Below are positions 8,815 through 16,387 of a stretch of DNA of 64,000 bases, in pieces; position 1 is the stretch's first letter; each line of letters starts with the position of its first letter. The notes beneath the pieces are model-generated. The model was not told the origin of the DNA and did no database searches. It saw only the letters and a program-made list of their open reading frames with translations. Made by a program: the position numbers and the translations under genes. Location of the stretch: the NCBI GenBank assembly GCA_017462545.1, contig JAFTQX010000052.1:8148-72147 (forward strand), read 5' to 3'. Source of the stretch: Clostridia bacterium. Lineage in GTDB: Bacteria; Bacillota; Clostridia; Oscillospirales; CAG-272.

Positions 8815-10767
8815 ATGGAGCACCTATATACCATTGTACCGACCTTTACCGATCATGTAGAGGAGGTCTGCGAGGATATTCGCCGTCAGTATGAGACGGG
8901 GGTCGCGACCTGCGCGCTGTTTATGGCAAAGCTGGTGCCGGAGGGAGAGCCGGCGATGGATAAAGCAAGCATGTTTGCCGAGCAGTATGTCCTGTTCCGC
9001 GATCGCCTGCGTGAGGTGGGTATTTCCTGCGGGATCTTGGTACAATGCACCATTGGTCACGGCTATCCGTTGAACCAGCGTAGCGGCTTTACGCATTATG
9101 AAAACCTGACAGACGGCAAGGAGCAGCATATCACCTGCCCCTACGATCTTGATTTTCAGGACTACCTGCGTGACCAGTTTGCCAAGCTAGCCGCCCTGTC
9201 ACCCGAGGTGATGATGGTGGATGACGATTTTCGCCTCATGTTCCGGGATGGGCGCGGCTGTGCTTGCCCGTTGCATATGGCAGCCTATCACAAGGCGTCG
9301 GGAACGTCAATTTCGCGCGAGGAGCTGTTTTCTCTGCTTTGCGAGCAAAGCGAGGCGGGCGCACGGGCAAGGGAGATTTATGTAGAAACGCAGCGCGAGT
9401 CGCTGTTACAATCGGCCCACGCCATGCGCGAGGGGATCGACGCCGTTGATCCGCGACTGCCCGGTATTTTTTGCTGTGTCGGCCCGACGACCGAATTTGC
9501 CGCCGAGATCGCGCATATTTTGGCAGGAGAGGGCAATCCCACCGTTGTTCGTGTGAATAACGGCAACTATACCCCCGGCGGGGCGCATTACTTTACTAAC
9601 GTGCCGTTCCGCGCGGCAGATGAGATCCATCGTCTGAAAAAGGGCGGGGTGGATGTGGTTCTGGCCGAGACGGATACCTGCCCGCAAAACCGTTACAGCA
9701 CGGGCGTGCAGTTTTTGCACTCGCATTTTACCGCCTCGATCTTGGAGGGGGCTAACGGCGCCAAGCATTGGATCACGCGTCTTGCCGCCTTTGAGCCGAA
9801 CAGCGGCAAGGCCTATCGCAAAACGCTCTCCGAGCATAGCGGCTTCTATCAAACTCTTTCCGAAATGGTGCCTACCCTGCATTGGGAAGGGTGCCGCATT
9901 CCGCTGCCGGAGCGGAATACCTATGATTTTACCAAAAACGGCTACTTCTGGCGCACAAGCGCGTGGGCTAAGTGTGTGCTTGAGCGTTGGGGGCTGCCTC
10001 TGTACTTCTCGGCAGAGCAGGGCGGTGCTACCTTCCTTGATGGGGCATATGACGAGGGCTTTTCGGATGACGAATTGACCGATATGCTACACGGCACGGC
10101 GGTGGTAGATGCCGTCTGCCTTGCGCGACTGCATGCGCGTGGCTTGGGTGAATACACCGGTGTGGCAATCCGGGATTGGCAAGGAGAGCCGATGAGCTTT
10201 GAGCGCGTGCATATCAACGGCAACAAGTGCAACAAGCAGGTTGCCTGCCGACAGCTCGTTCCGCTTTCGGATGATGTGCAGGCTACGTCCACCGTTTACC
10301 ATTTGCATGACGGCAAGGACGAGATCCCGCTGTTCCTCGGTGTAACGGTATACAAGAATACGCTTGGCGGCACGGTCATTGCCACCGCCGGCACGCCGGA
10401 TGCGCCGTTCAGCTACCTCACCGCCTTCAGTTATCTGACCGAATCGCGCAAGGCGCAGTTCGTCTCGCTCCTGAAGGAGACGGGCAATTTGCCGATCTAC
10501 TACGCAGGCGACTCCGAGATCTACATGAAAACGGCAAAAATGCCGGATGGCAAGCGTTTTTGCGCCCTCTTTAACCTCAGCATGGATATGCTGGACGAGC
10601 TGCCGCTGGCAACGGATGAGACCGTGCGCGGCGTGCAGATGCTGCAAAAGGATGGTACCTTTGCCCCCGTCGCTTATGAAAGAACGGAGAACGGCATTTT
10701 GATCAAGGAGACGCTCTATCCCGTGAACCCCATGATCCTTGTACTCGATATTGAGGAGTCATGTTAG
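8815..10767 (+). CDS. conserved-looking cytoplasmic protein of unknown function (~650 aa)
   Basis: A long ORF with normal amino-acid composition, a GGAGG RBS and a strong downstream terminator. It has no signal peptide or TM segment and no motif I can assign. Confidence 0.6.
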   Translation: MEHLYTIVPTFTDHVEEVCEDIRRQYETGVATCALFMAKLVPEGEPAMDKASMFAEQYVLFRDRLREVGISCGILVQCTIGHGYPLNQRSGFTHYENLTDGKEQHITCPYDLDFQDYLRDQFAKLAALSPEVMMVDDDFRLMFRDGRGCACPLHMAAYHKASGTSISREELFSLLCEQSEAGARAREIYVETQRESLLQSAHAMREGIDAVDPRLPGIFCCVGPTTEFAAEIAHILAGEGNPTVVRVNNGNYTPGGAHYFTNVPFRAADEIHRLKKGGVDVVLAETDTCPQNRYSTGVQFLHSHFTASILEGANGAKHWITRLAAFEPNSGKAYRKTLSEHSGFYQTLSEMVPTLHWEGCRIPLPERNTYDFTKNGYFWRTSAWAKCVLERWGLPLYFSAEQGGATFLDGAYDEGFSDDELTDMLHGTAVVDAVCLARLHARGLGEYTGVAIRDWQGEPMSFERVHINGNKCNKQVACRQLVPLSDDVQATSTVYHLHDGKDEIPLFLGVTVYKNTLGGTVIATAGTPDAPFSYLTAFSYLTESRKAQFVSLLKETGNLPIYYAGDSEIYMKTAKMPDGKRFCALFNLSMDMLDELPLATDETVRGVQMLQKDGTFAPVAYERTENGILIKETLYPVNPMILVLDIEESC

Positions 10768-10770
10768 AAA

Positions 10771-10810
10771 ACAAGCGCAGACTCATCGTCTGCGCTTGTT
10801 TTATCTTTTT
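10771..10810 (+). terminator. rho-independent terminator
   Basis: Stem ACAAGCGCAGAC / GTCTGCGCTTGT with loop TCATC, followed by TTTATCTTTTT. Confidence 0.85.
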
Positions 10811-11002
10811 CGGTACCAAATTGCGATAGCAAATGGACCCACGCGGTTATGCTGTTCAGAGCGCCGGGCTGCTCTCGTTACCCTGCTGTGGCACCGAGCA
10901 TCGGCGGTGTACCGACTCGGGCAAGCACGAGGAAAAGCTGCAGGGATAATCGTCCTGTGAATCCTCTTGCGGGATGTCAGCGGCGGCGACACCCGCACGG
11001 GT

Positions 11003-11099
11003 GTCATCCTGAGCGAAACGCCCCTCACGAGATTCTGCCACCTGGCGGTGGCACCCCTTCGGGGTTCGACTACGGGCTACGCCCTCCGCTCAGAATGAC
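11003..11099. repeat. REP/MITE-like element bounded by 13-bp terminal inverted repeats
   Basis: GTCATCCTGAGCG (11003-11015) and CGCTCAGAATGAC (11087-11099) match as reverse complements at 12 of 13 positions. The interior contains the hairpins GCCACC-TGGC-GGTGGC and ACCCC-TTCG-GGGGT. The ends resemble the GTCATTCTGAGCG-type intergenic repeats I recall from gut anaerobe genomes (from memory, unverified). Confidence 0.45.
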
Positions 11100-11201
11100 A
11101 GCGTGAGGGGTGAGAAGTCGAACTTTCGCGGCTACGCGAAAGCACCGTAGGCGGGATCTTGCCGCCGTGCGGTGTTACTCTTGCGGGCGGAAATAAAAAT
11201 C

Positions 11202-11756
11202 CTAAAAAGTTTTCAGCGTCTCCCTTGCCAGCACATTCCCCTCAAAATCCTTCACGGTGAAGCAACCGTCTTCATACACCGCATAGCTCTTGGGGTTGCC
11301 GCCCTTCGGCAGCGAGACCGAGCCGGGGTTGAGCAGCAGCACGCCGCCCTCATTCACGCGCGCCTCATACAGGTGCGTGTGGCCGTAGAGAAATGCCGCG
11401 CCCTTGCGTAGCGGGGGCAGATTTTCCGGGTTATGGTGGTGCCCGTGTGTCGCAAACACCGGTATACCATCCCATAGAAACTGGGCGTACTCGGCCATCA
11501 CAGGAAAGGGCAGTACCATCTGGTCTACCTCTGCCTCACAGTTGCCGCGCACGCATAGCGGGGCGGGTGAAAGGGCAGAGAGCATGGTGATCACCTCTTT
11601 CGGGCGGTAGCCCTGCGGCAGGTCATTGCGCGGGCCGTGGTAAAGTAGGTCGCCAAGCAGCACCAGCTCGTCTGCACCTTCCTCCTTATATTTGGCAAGC
11701 AGAGCGGCACAGCAGTCGGCGTCGCCGTGCAGATCGGATGCGATCAAAATTTTCAT
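11202..11756 (-). CDS. yfcE: YfcE-family Mn-dependent phosphodiesterase (MJ0936 metallophosphoesterase)
   Basis: MKILIASDLHGD, LGDLLYHGPRNDLPQGY, VRGNCEAEVDQM, THGH, YGHTH and NPGSVSLPKGGNP blocks are collinear with E. coli YfcE. Confidence 0.85.
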   Translation of the reverse strand: MKILIASDLHGDADCCAALLAKYKEEGADELVLLGDLLYHGPRNDLPQGYRPKEVITMLSALSPAPLCVRGNCEAEVDQMVLPFPVMAEYAQFLWDGIPVFATHGHHHNPENLPPLRKGAAFLYGHTHLYEARVNEGGVLLLNPGSVSLPKGGNPKSYAVYEDGCFTVKDFEGNVLARETLKTF

Positions 11757-11773
11757 ATCGTCTCCTTGTAAAG

Positions 11774-11800
11774 TCTCCCCGAGGCGTTGCCTCGGGGAGA
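11774..11800 (-). terminator. hairpin between pheT and yfcE (possible weak terminator)
   Basis: A 12-bp stem TCTCCCCGAGGC / GCCTCGGGGAGA. The T tract on the minus strand is poor (CTTT). Confidence 0.4.
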
Positions 11801-11807
11801 ATGGTTT

Positions 11808-14183
11808 TTATACAGTCTTCAGCTCCATGCCGTTTTTCTTCATCGCGGCCAGAATGGCATCGATGTTGCCTTGCAGCTCTGCCTTGGAGAGCGTCTTTTC
11901 GCGCGAGGTGAAGGAGAGGCGGAAGGTAATGCTCGGATTGCCCTCGCCCTCGTATACGTCGGTCACGGTTACGCCGGTGAGGAACTCACCGCCTGCCGCA
12001 CGCAGAAGTGCCTCTACCTCGGCAAATACCAGGGTGGACGGGTCGGTTGCAAAGGTCAGGTCAATATCAATGCCCGGGAAACGGGAGGGCTCATGATAGC
12101 GGATGGGGGCGGGCGCGATAGCGGCCAGCGTATCCATATCCAGCTCGGCTGCTACGCAAGCGGCGCGCTTATCCAGCTTGGTGCCAACGGCGGGGTGCAG
12201 GGCACAGATAAAGCCAAGCTCGGTGTCACCCAAGCGAACAGCAGCGGTATTGACCGGGTGCTGCCAGGGGTAAGCAACCCCTTCACCTGCTGTGAAGGTG
12301 GGTGCCTCGTGCTTGATATCGCGTACGACACGCAAAACAATATCACGCATGCGCAGATAAAGAGCTTCCTCGCTTGCATTCTTGTCATACAGCACAATGC
12401 CCAGCTTCTTGCGCTCGTTGCAGCTGCCGTCCGGCAAAAGCCCCTTCACCGTGCGGCCAATCTCAAACAGGCCGTAGTGATCGGCATAGCCGCGGTTTTC
12501 GGAAACAAAGCACAGCAGGGTAGGTACCATGCTTGTGCGAACGGTGTCATGCTCCGGCGTGCCGGCGTTGAGAATACGCACATTTTCCTCCGGCTCAATG
12601 CCGAGGGCGCGATTCTTCTCGCGGTCGTTCCAAATATAGGAATGCACCTCGTGCAGCGCGTAGGTAGAAACCAAAATATCCTTTGCACGGTTGTCGTTCT
12701 CGTTGGCTGCGGTGCGGCGTACGGGCAGCAGCGGGCTGCGCGTGGTCTTGATCTCAAAGTTATCATAGCCGTAGATACGAGTGATCTCCTCGATCAGGTC
12801 GGCCTTAATGGTCACGTCCTTGGTTGCACGCCAAGAGGGAACGGTTACGGTAAAGGTGTCGCCCTCAACGACACAGGCAAAGCCAAGCGCGGTCAGGGTG
12901 CGCAGAATCTCTTCCTTGGTGATGGCAATGCCCGTGTAACGGTCAACATAACGCTGGTCAAAGGACAGCGTAATGGTGTCAAAGTGGTGCACATACACAT
13001 CGGTCAGAGCAGAGATGATGCGGGCGTTCGGCTCGATTTCGAGCAGCAGCGCAAGGAACCGCTCGGAGGCGGTCTTGGTCATCTCGGGATCAAGGAACTT
13101 CTCGTAGCGCATGCTGGCATCAGTACGCATGCCGAGCTTGGACTCGGATTTGCGAACGGAAACCGCGTTAAAGTTCGCGCTCTCCAGCAGGAGCGAGGTG
13201 GTGTCGTCCTCAATCTCGGAATTGAGGCCGCCCATGACACCGGCAACCGCAACAGGCTCGCCGTGCGAGCAGATCATCAGCGTCTCGGGGTCGATCTCAT
13301 GCTCGTTGCCGTCCAGCGTGGTGAAGCGGAAGGACTCGGCAAAGCGGCGTACCTCGACTGCATCGACACGGCGCAGGTCAAAGGCGTGCATCGGCTGGCC
13401 CAGCTCCAGCATAACGTAGTTGGTCAAATCGGCCAGCAGGTTGATGGCACGGCTGCCGCAGTAGAAGAGGCGGATGCGCATGTTTACAGGGCTCTGGTTG
13501 CGCTGAATGTTTTCTACCTTGATGCCGGTATAGCGGTAGCAACGCTCGGGATCGTCGATCGCGATCTTGACCTCGGGCAGGTTGGCATAGATGGCGGTAT
13601 CGTGCACGGGAACCGAGCGCAGCTCACGACCGCAGAGTGTCGCGATCTCACGCGCGATGCCGTAATGACCCCACAGATCGGGGCGGTTGGTCAGCGACTT
13701 GTTGTCTACCTCAAACAGGGTGTCCTCAATATCATATACGGTCTTGATGTCCGTGCCGAGCGGGATATCATCGGTAATCTCCATCAGGCCGCTGTTGTCC
13801 GCGCTGATGCCAAGCTCGGCCTCCGAGCAGCACATACCGCAGGATTCGTAGCCCGCTACGGTCGCACGGCTGATGGGGTGGCCGCAAACGGCACCGCCCT
13901 CGGTGGCAAAGGCCACACGCATGCCAACGCGCACATTGGGTGCGCCGCATACGCAGTCAACCAGCTCACGGCCGTTGTTGATCTTGAGTAGGTGCAGCTT
14001 TTTGGAGTTCGGGTGGTTTTCAATCGAGGCGATCTCTGCCACGATGACGCCGTGTGTGTCACGGCCGTAATGGATCACATCCTCCACCTCTGCGGTCGAG
14101 AGGGTGAAGCGGTGAATCAGATTTTCAAGATCGAGACCTGTCAGATCGACAAAATCACCGATCCAGTTCATAGAAATCAGCAT
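11808..14183 (-). CDS. pheT: phenylalanine--tRNA ligase beta subunit
   Basis: 791 aa. The N-terminus MLISMNWIGDFVDL, the tRNA-binding, B3/4 and B5 domain order and the C-terminal FDX-ACB region are typical of PheT. It lies immediately downstream of pheS. Confidence 0.95.
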   Translation of the reverse strand: MLISMNWIGDFVDLTGLDLENLIHRFTLSTAEVEDVIHYGRDTHGVIVAEIASIENHPNSKKLHLLKINNGRELVDCVCGAPNVRVGMRVAFATEGGAVCGHPISRATVAGYESCGMCCSEAELGISADNSGLMEITDDIPLGTDIKTVYDIEDTLFEVDNKSLTNRPDLWGHYGIAREIATLCGRELRSVPVHDTAIYANLPEVKIAIDDPERCYRYTGIKVENIQRNQSPVNMRIRLFYCGSRAINLLADLTNYVMLELGQPMHAFDLRRVDAVEVRRFAESFRFTTLDGNEHEIDPETLMICSHGEPVAVAGVMGGLNSEIEDDTTSLLLESANFNAVSVRKSESKLGMRTDASMRYEKFLDPEMTKTASERFLALLLEIEPNARIISALTDVYVHHFDTITLSFDQRYVDRYTGIAITKEEILRTLTALGFACVVEGDTFTVTVPSWRATKDVTIKADLIEEITRIYGYDNFEIKTTRSPLLPVRRTAANENDNRAKDILVSTYALHEVHSYIWNDREKNRALGIEPEENVRILNAGTPEHDTVRTSMVPTLLCFVSENRGYADHYGLFEIGRTVKGLLPDGSCNERKKLGIVLYDKNASEEALYLRMRDIVLRVVRDIKHEAPTFTAGEGVAYPWQHPVNTAAVRLGDTELGFICALHPAVGTKLDKRAACVAAELDMDTLAAIAPAPIRYHEPSRFPGIDIDLTFATDPSTLVFAEVEALLRAAGGEFLTGVTVTDVYEGEGNPSITFRLSFTSREKTLSKAELQGNIDAILAAMKKNGMELKTV

Positions 14184-14198
14184 ATTCTTCTCCTCCTC

Positions 14199-15227
14199 TT
14201 ATTCGCTCTCAAACTGGGAAAGCACCTTCAGGCTGCCGGAGTTGAGGTCGCGGATATCCTTGACGCCATACTTCATCATGACCAGACGCGTCAGACCAAG
14301 ACCAAAGGCAAAGCCGGTGTATTCCTCGGGGTCGATGCCACCCTCACGCAGCACGTTGGGGTGTACCATGCCGCAGGGGCAGAGCTCCAGCCAGCCGGAA
14401 TTCTTGCAGGAGGGGCAGCCCTTACCGCCGCAGATCTCACAGTTGATATCCAGCTCAAAGCCGGGCTCGGTGAAGGGGAAGTAGCCGGGGCGCAGACGTA
14501 CGTTGACGGGGCGGCCGAAGACCTCGCTGAGCATCGTCTTCATGAAGTAGATGAGGTTAGAGATCGAAATGTCACGGTCGATCATCAAGCCCTCCATCTG
14601 GAAGAAGGTGTTCTCGTGGCAGGCGTCGGTTGCCTCGTTACGGAAGCAGCGACCGGGGAAAATGGCACGCAGGGGCGCGCCGTATTTCTTCATAATGTGG
14701 TTCTGTGCGGCAGAGGTCTGCGTTTTCAGCAGCTGGCCGTTCGAGAGATAGAAGGTATCCTGCATATCGCGAGCAGGGTGATAGGGCGGAATGTTCAGCG
14801 ACTCAAAGCACTGATAGTCGTTGACCACCTCAGCATAATCCTCAATGGTAAAGCCCATGCTGGCAAAGATCTCCTCCAAGTCCCGCTGTACCAGCGTGAT
14901 GGGATGGTAGGAGCCATGCTCCTCGCCTGCGGGCAGGGTGGGGTTGTAACGCTTTGCGCCTTGAATGGCGGCGTTCAGCGCGGCCTCGCGCAGCTCGTCA
15001 GTCTTGCGCGCAATGGCAGTCTCCACCTCGGTCTTCAAGGTGTTGATCAGCTGGCCTGCCTCTTTTTTCTCCTCATTCGGTACGTCACGCAGGTTTTTGA
15101 GCAGGTTGGTTACCTCGCCCTTTTTGCCAAGAAACGCAACGCGCAGGGTCTCCAGTTCGTCCTGGGTGCTTACCTTGCCAATCTCGTCAGCAAAGCGCAA
15201 GCGCAGGGCATCGATCTGATTTTTCAT
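14199..15227 (-). CDS. pheS: phenylalanine--tRNA ligase alpha subunit
   Basis: MKNQIDALRLRF... together with the class II motifs (HPARDMQDTFY, FPGRCFRNE, GFAFGLGLTRL). The start at 15227 is preferred; the 59-codon upstream extension runs through the promoter and terminator. Confidence 0.95.
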   Translation of the reverse strand: MKNQIDALRLRFADEIGKVSTQDELETLRVAFLGKKGEVTNLLKNLRDVPNEEKKEAGQLINTLKTEVETAIARKTDELREAALNAAIQGAKRYNPTLPAGEEHGSYHPITLVQRDLEEIFASMGFTIEDYAEVVNDYQCFESLNIPPYHPARDMQDTFYLSNGQLLKTQTSAAQNHIMKKYGAPLRAIFPGRCFRNEATDACHENTFFQMEGLMIDRDISISNLIYFMKTMLSEVFGRPVNVRLRPGYFPFTEPGFELDINCEICGGKGCPSCKNSGWLELCPCGMVHPNVLREGGIDPEEYTGFAFGLGLTRLVMMKYGVKDIRDLNSGSLKVLSQFESE

Positions 15228-15269
15228 GTTCTCGTCCTTTCGGCGTGTTTTTACATAATATAACATCTT

Positions 15270-15299
15270 ATTATAGTACAAAACAGCGGGGCTTGTCAA
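15270..15299 (-). promoter_or_regulatory. sigma-A type promoter for pheST (TTGACA-18-TATAAT)
   Basis: On the minus strand, TTGACA lies at 15299-15294 and TATAAT at 15275-15270. The -35 box sits in the loop of the coaD terminator hairpin. Confidence 0.65.
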
Positions 15300-15308
15300 G
15301 TCCCGCTG
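15278..15308 (-). terminator. terminator after coaD
   Basis: On the minus strand, CAGCGGG-ACTTGACAAGC-CCCGCTG is followed by TTTTGT. Confidence 0.6.
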
Positions 15309-15327
15309 CTCGATTTTTTGCCTTGCG

Positions 15328-15813
15328 TCAAGCTTTTTTGCGGTAGGCAGCCAGCACGTCGTCATAAATGACAGCGGGCAACAGCTTCTCCGCCGGCAAC
15401 GCATGTCTTAAAAATTCGCGCACCGCGCTGGATGAAACGTAAGAAAGAGTCGGCTCGGTGGGCAGCAAAATGGTCTCCGGCCCGCCAGCCAGACGGTTCA
15501 GCGTAGCCATTTCCTGCTCGTAAAGCAGGTCGTTTGCGTTTCGCACACCCTTGACGATGGCGTGAATGCCATGCTCGGCGGCGTAGCCGGCAACCGTGCC
15601 GCAAGAGGTGGCAGCCGTGATATTGTCACCACACACGGCACAAACCTTTTGTAAAAAGGCAAGTCGCTCGTCAAGCGAAAAAAGCGTTTTCTTGTGGCTG
15701 TTCTCAAAAATAACGACATCCACATGGTCAAACAGCTGCGCCGCACGCGTAATCAGATCGGCGTGGCCGCGCGTAACCGGGTCAAAGCTCCCGCTGATGA
15801 GTACCGTTTTCAT
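15328..15813 (-). CDS. coaD: pantetheine-phosphate adenylyltransferase
   Basis: MKTVLISGSFDPVTRGHADLI (the T/HxGH nucleotidyltransferase motif), 161 aa, with ISSSAVRE near the C-terminus. Confidence 0.95.
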   Translation of the reverse strand: MKTVLISGSFDPVTRGHADLITRAAQLFDHVDVVIFENSHKKTLFSLDERLAFLQKVCAVCGDNITAATSCGTVAGYAAEHGIHAIVKGVRNANDLLYEQEMATLNRLAGGPETILLPTEPTLSYVSSSAVREFLRHALPAEKLLPAVIYDDVLAAYRKKA

Positions 15814-16387
15814 CGTCCTCTTCCTCCCGCAATGTCAGAATGTGAATATAGGTGTGCGTGTAGCGTGCCGTTTTGCGTGTATGAAAGCGAGAGGCAAGTG
15901 CCTCGTTTTCGCCAAAAATGTCCGGCTCGCTGCTCTCGCAGATAAATAGGCAATCCGGCTCTACCAGATCACCATCCAACAGGCGTTTCAGGGCATCCGC
16001 GTGTGCGTGCATGGCGTAGGGTGGGTCGAGGAAGACAAGGTCAAACTTCTCCCGTCCGCGCGCCTTGCGCAGGTAGTTGCGATAATCGCTGATGAGATAA
16101 CGGCAAGTGTCAGAAAGTCGCGTTTTTTGCGCGTTGCGCTTGATGACCGCGATCGCCTCCTCCGAGGCATCAACAAACATGCAGGATCTCGCCCCGCGGG
16201 AAAGTGCCTCCAGCCCCATTTGGCCGCTGCCGCCAAACAGGTCAAGCACGCGCCGCCCCTCGGTCTCAAACTGGATGGCTGAAAAAATCGCCTCCTTGAC
16301 GCGCTCGGCGGTCGGGCGGGTGACTTCTTCTCCCTCCAAGGTTTCCAGCCGCACGCCGCGCGCGCTGCCGGTAATAATTCTCATCAT
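15782..16387 (-). CDS. rsmD: 16S rRNA (guanine966-N2)-methyltransferase
   Basis: RIITGSARGVRLETLEG...TRPTAERVKEAIFS...DLFGGSGQMGLEALSRGA...FLDPPY. It overlaps the coaD start by 32 nt. Confidence 0.9.
   Translation of the reverse strand: MMRIITGSARGVRLETLEGEEVTRPTAERVKEAIFSAIQFETEGRRVLDLFGGSGQMGLEALSRGARSCMFVDASEEAIAVIKRNAQKTRLSDTCRYLISDYRNYLRKARGREKFDLVFLDPPYAMHAHADALKRLLDGDLVEPDCLFICESSEPDIFGENEALASRFHTRKTARYTHTYIHILTLREEEDDENGTHQREL

Noticed and set aside
10811-10990. A possible riboswitch or leader in the left part of the long intergenic region.
   Set aside because: The region lies between convergent genes, so it has no downstream gene to regulate. I could not match it to cobalamin, TPP, SAM, FMN, purine or c-di-GMP riboswitch cores by eye.
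11053-11075. GGGGTTCGACTACGGG, which resembles the 5' end of tmRNA (GGGG...UUCGAC).
   Set aside because: No tRNA-like 3' end (…GGTTCGA.TCC…CCACCA), no tag reading frame and no resume codon lie nearby. It is not next to smpB, and it sits inside a TIR-bounded repeat, so the match is coincidental.
11787-15263. Two long plus-strand ORFs (734 aa at 11787-13991 and 423 aa at 13992-15263) opposite pheT and pheS.
   Set aside because: They are antisense mirror ORFs of unmistakable pheT/pheS coding sequence in high-GC DNA. Their translations are low-complexity and rich in G/A/R/V/L, with no motifs and no RBS.
14199-15404. N-terminal extensions of ORF-track entries: pheS to 15404, the GT4 gene to 24308, the Zn-ADH to 41315, DeoR to 48127, rnr from 35595, FGGY from 3518, the ETF from 4927 and feoB from 6674.
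   Set aside because: In each case an internal ATG preceded by a GGAGG-type RBS coincides with the conserved family N-terminus. The extensions run through promoters, terminators or the upstream gene.
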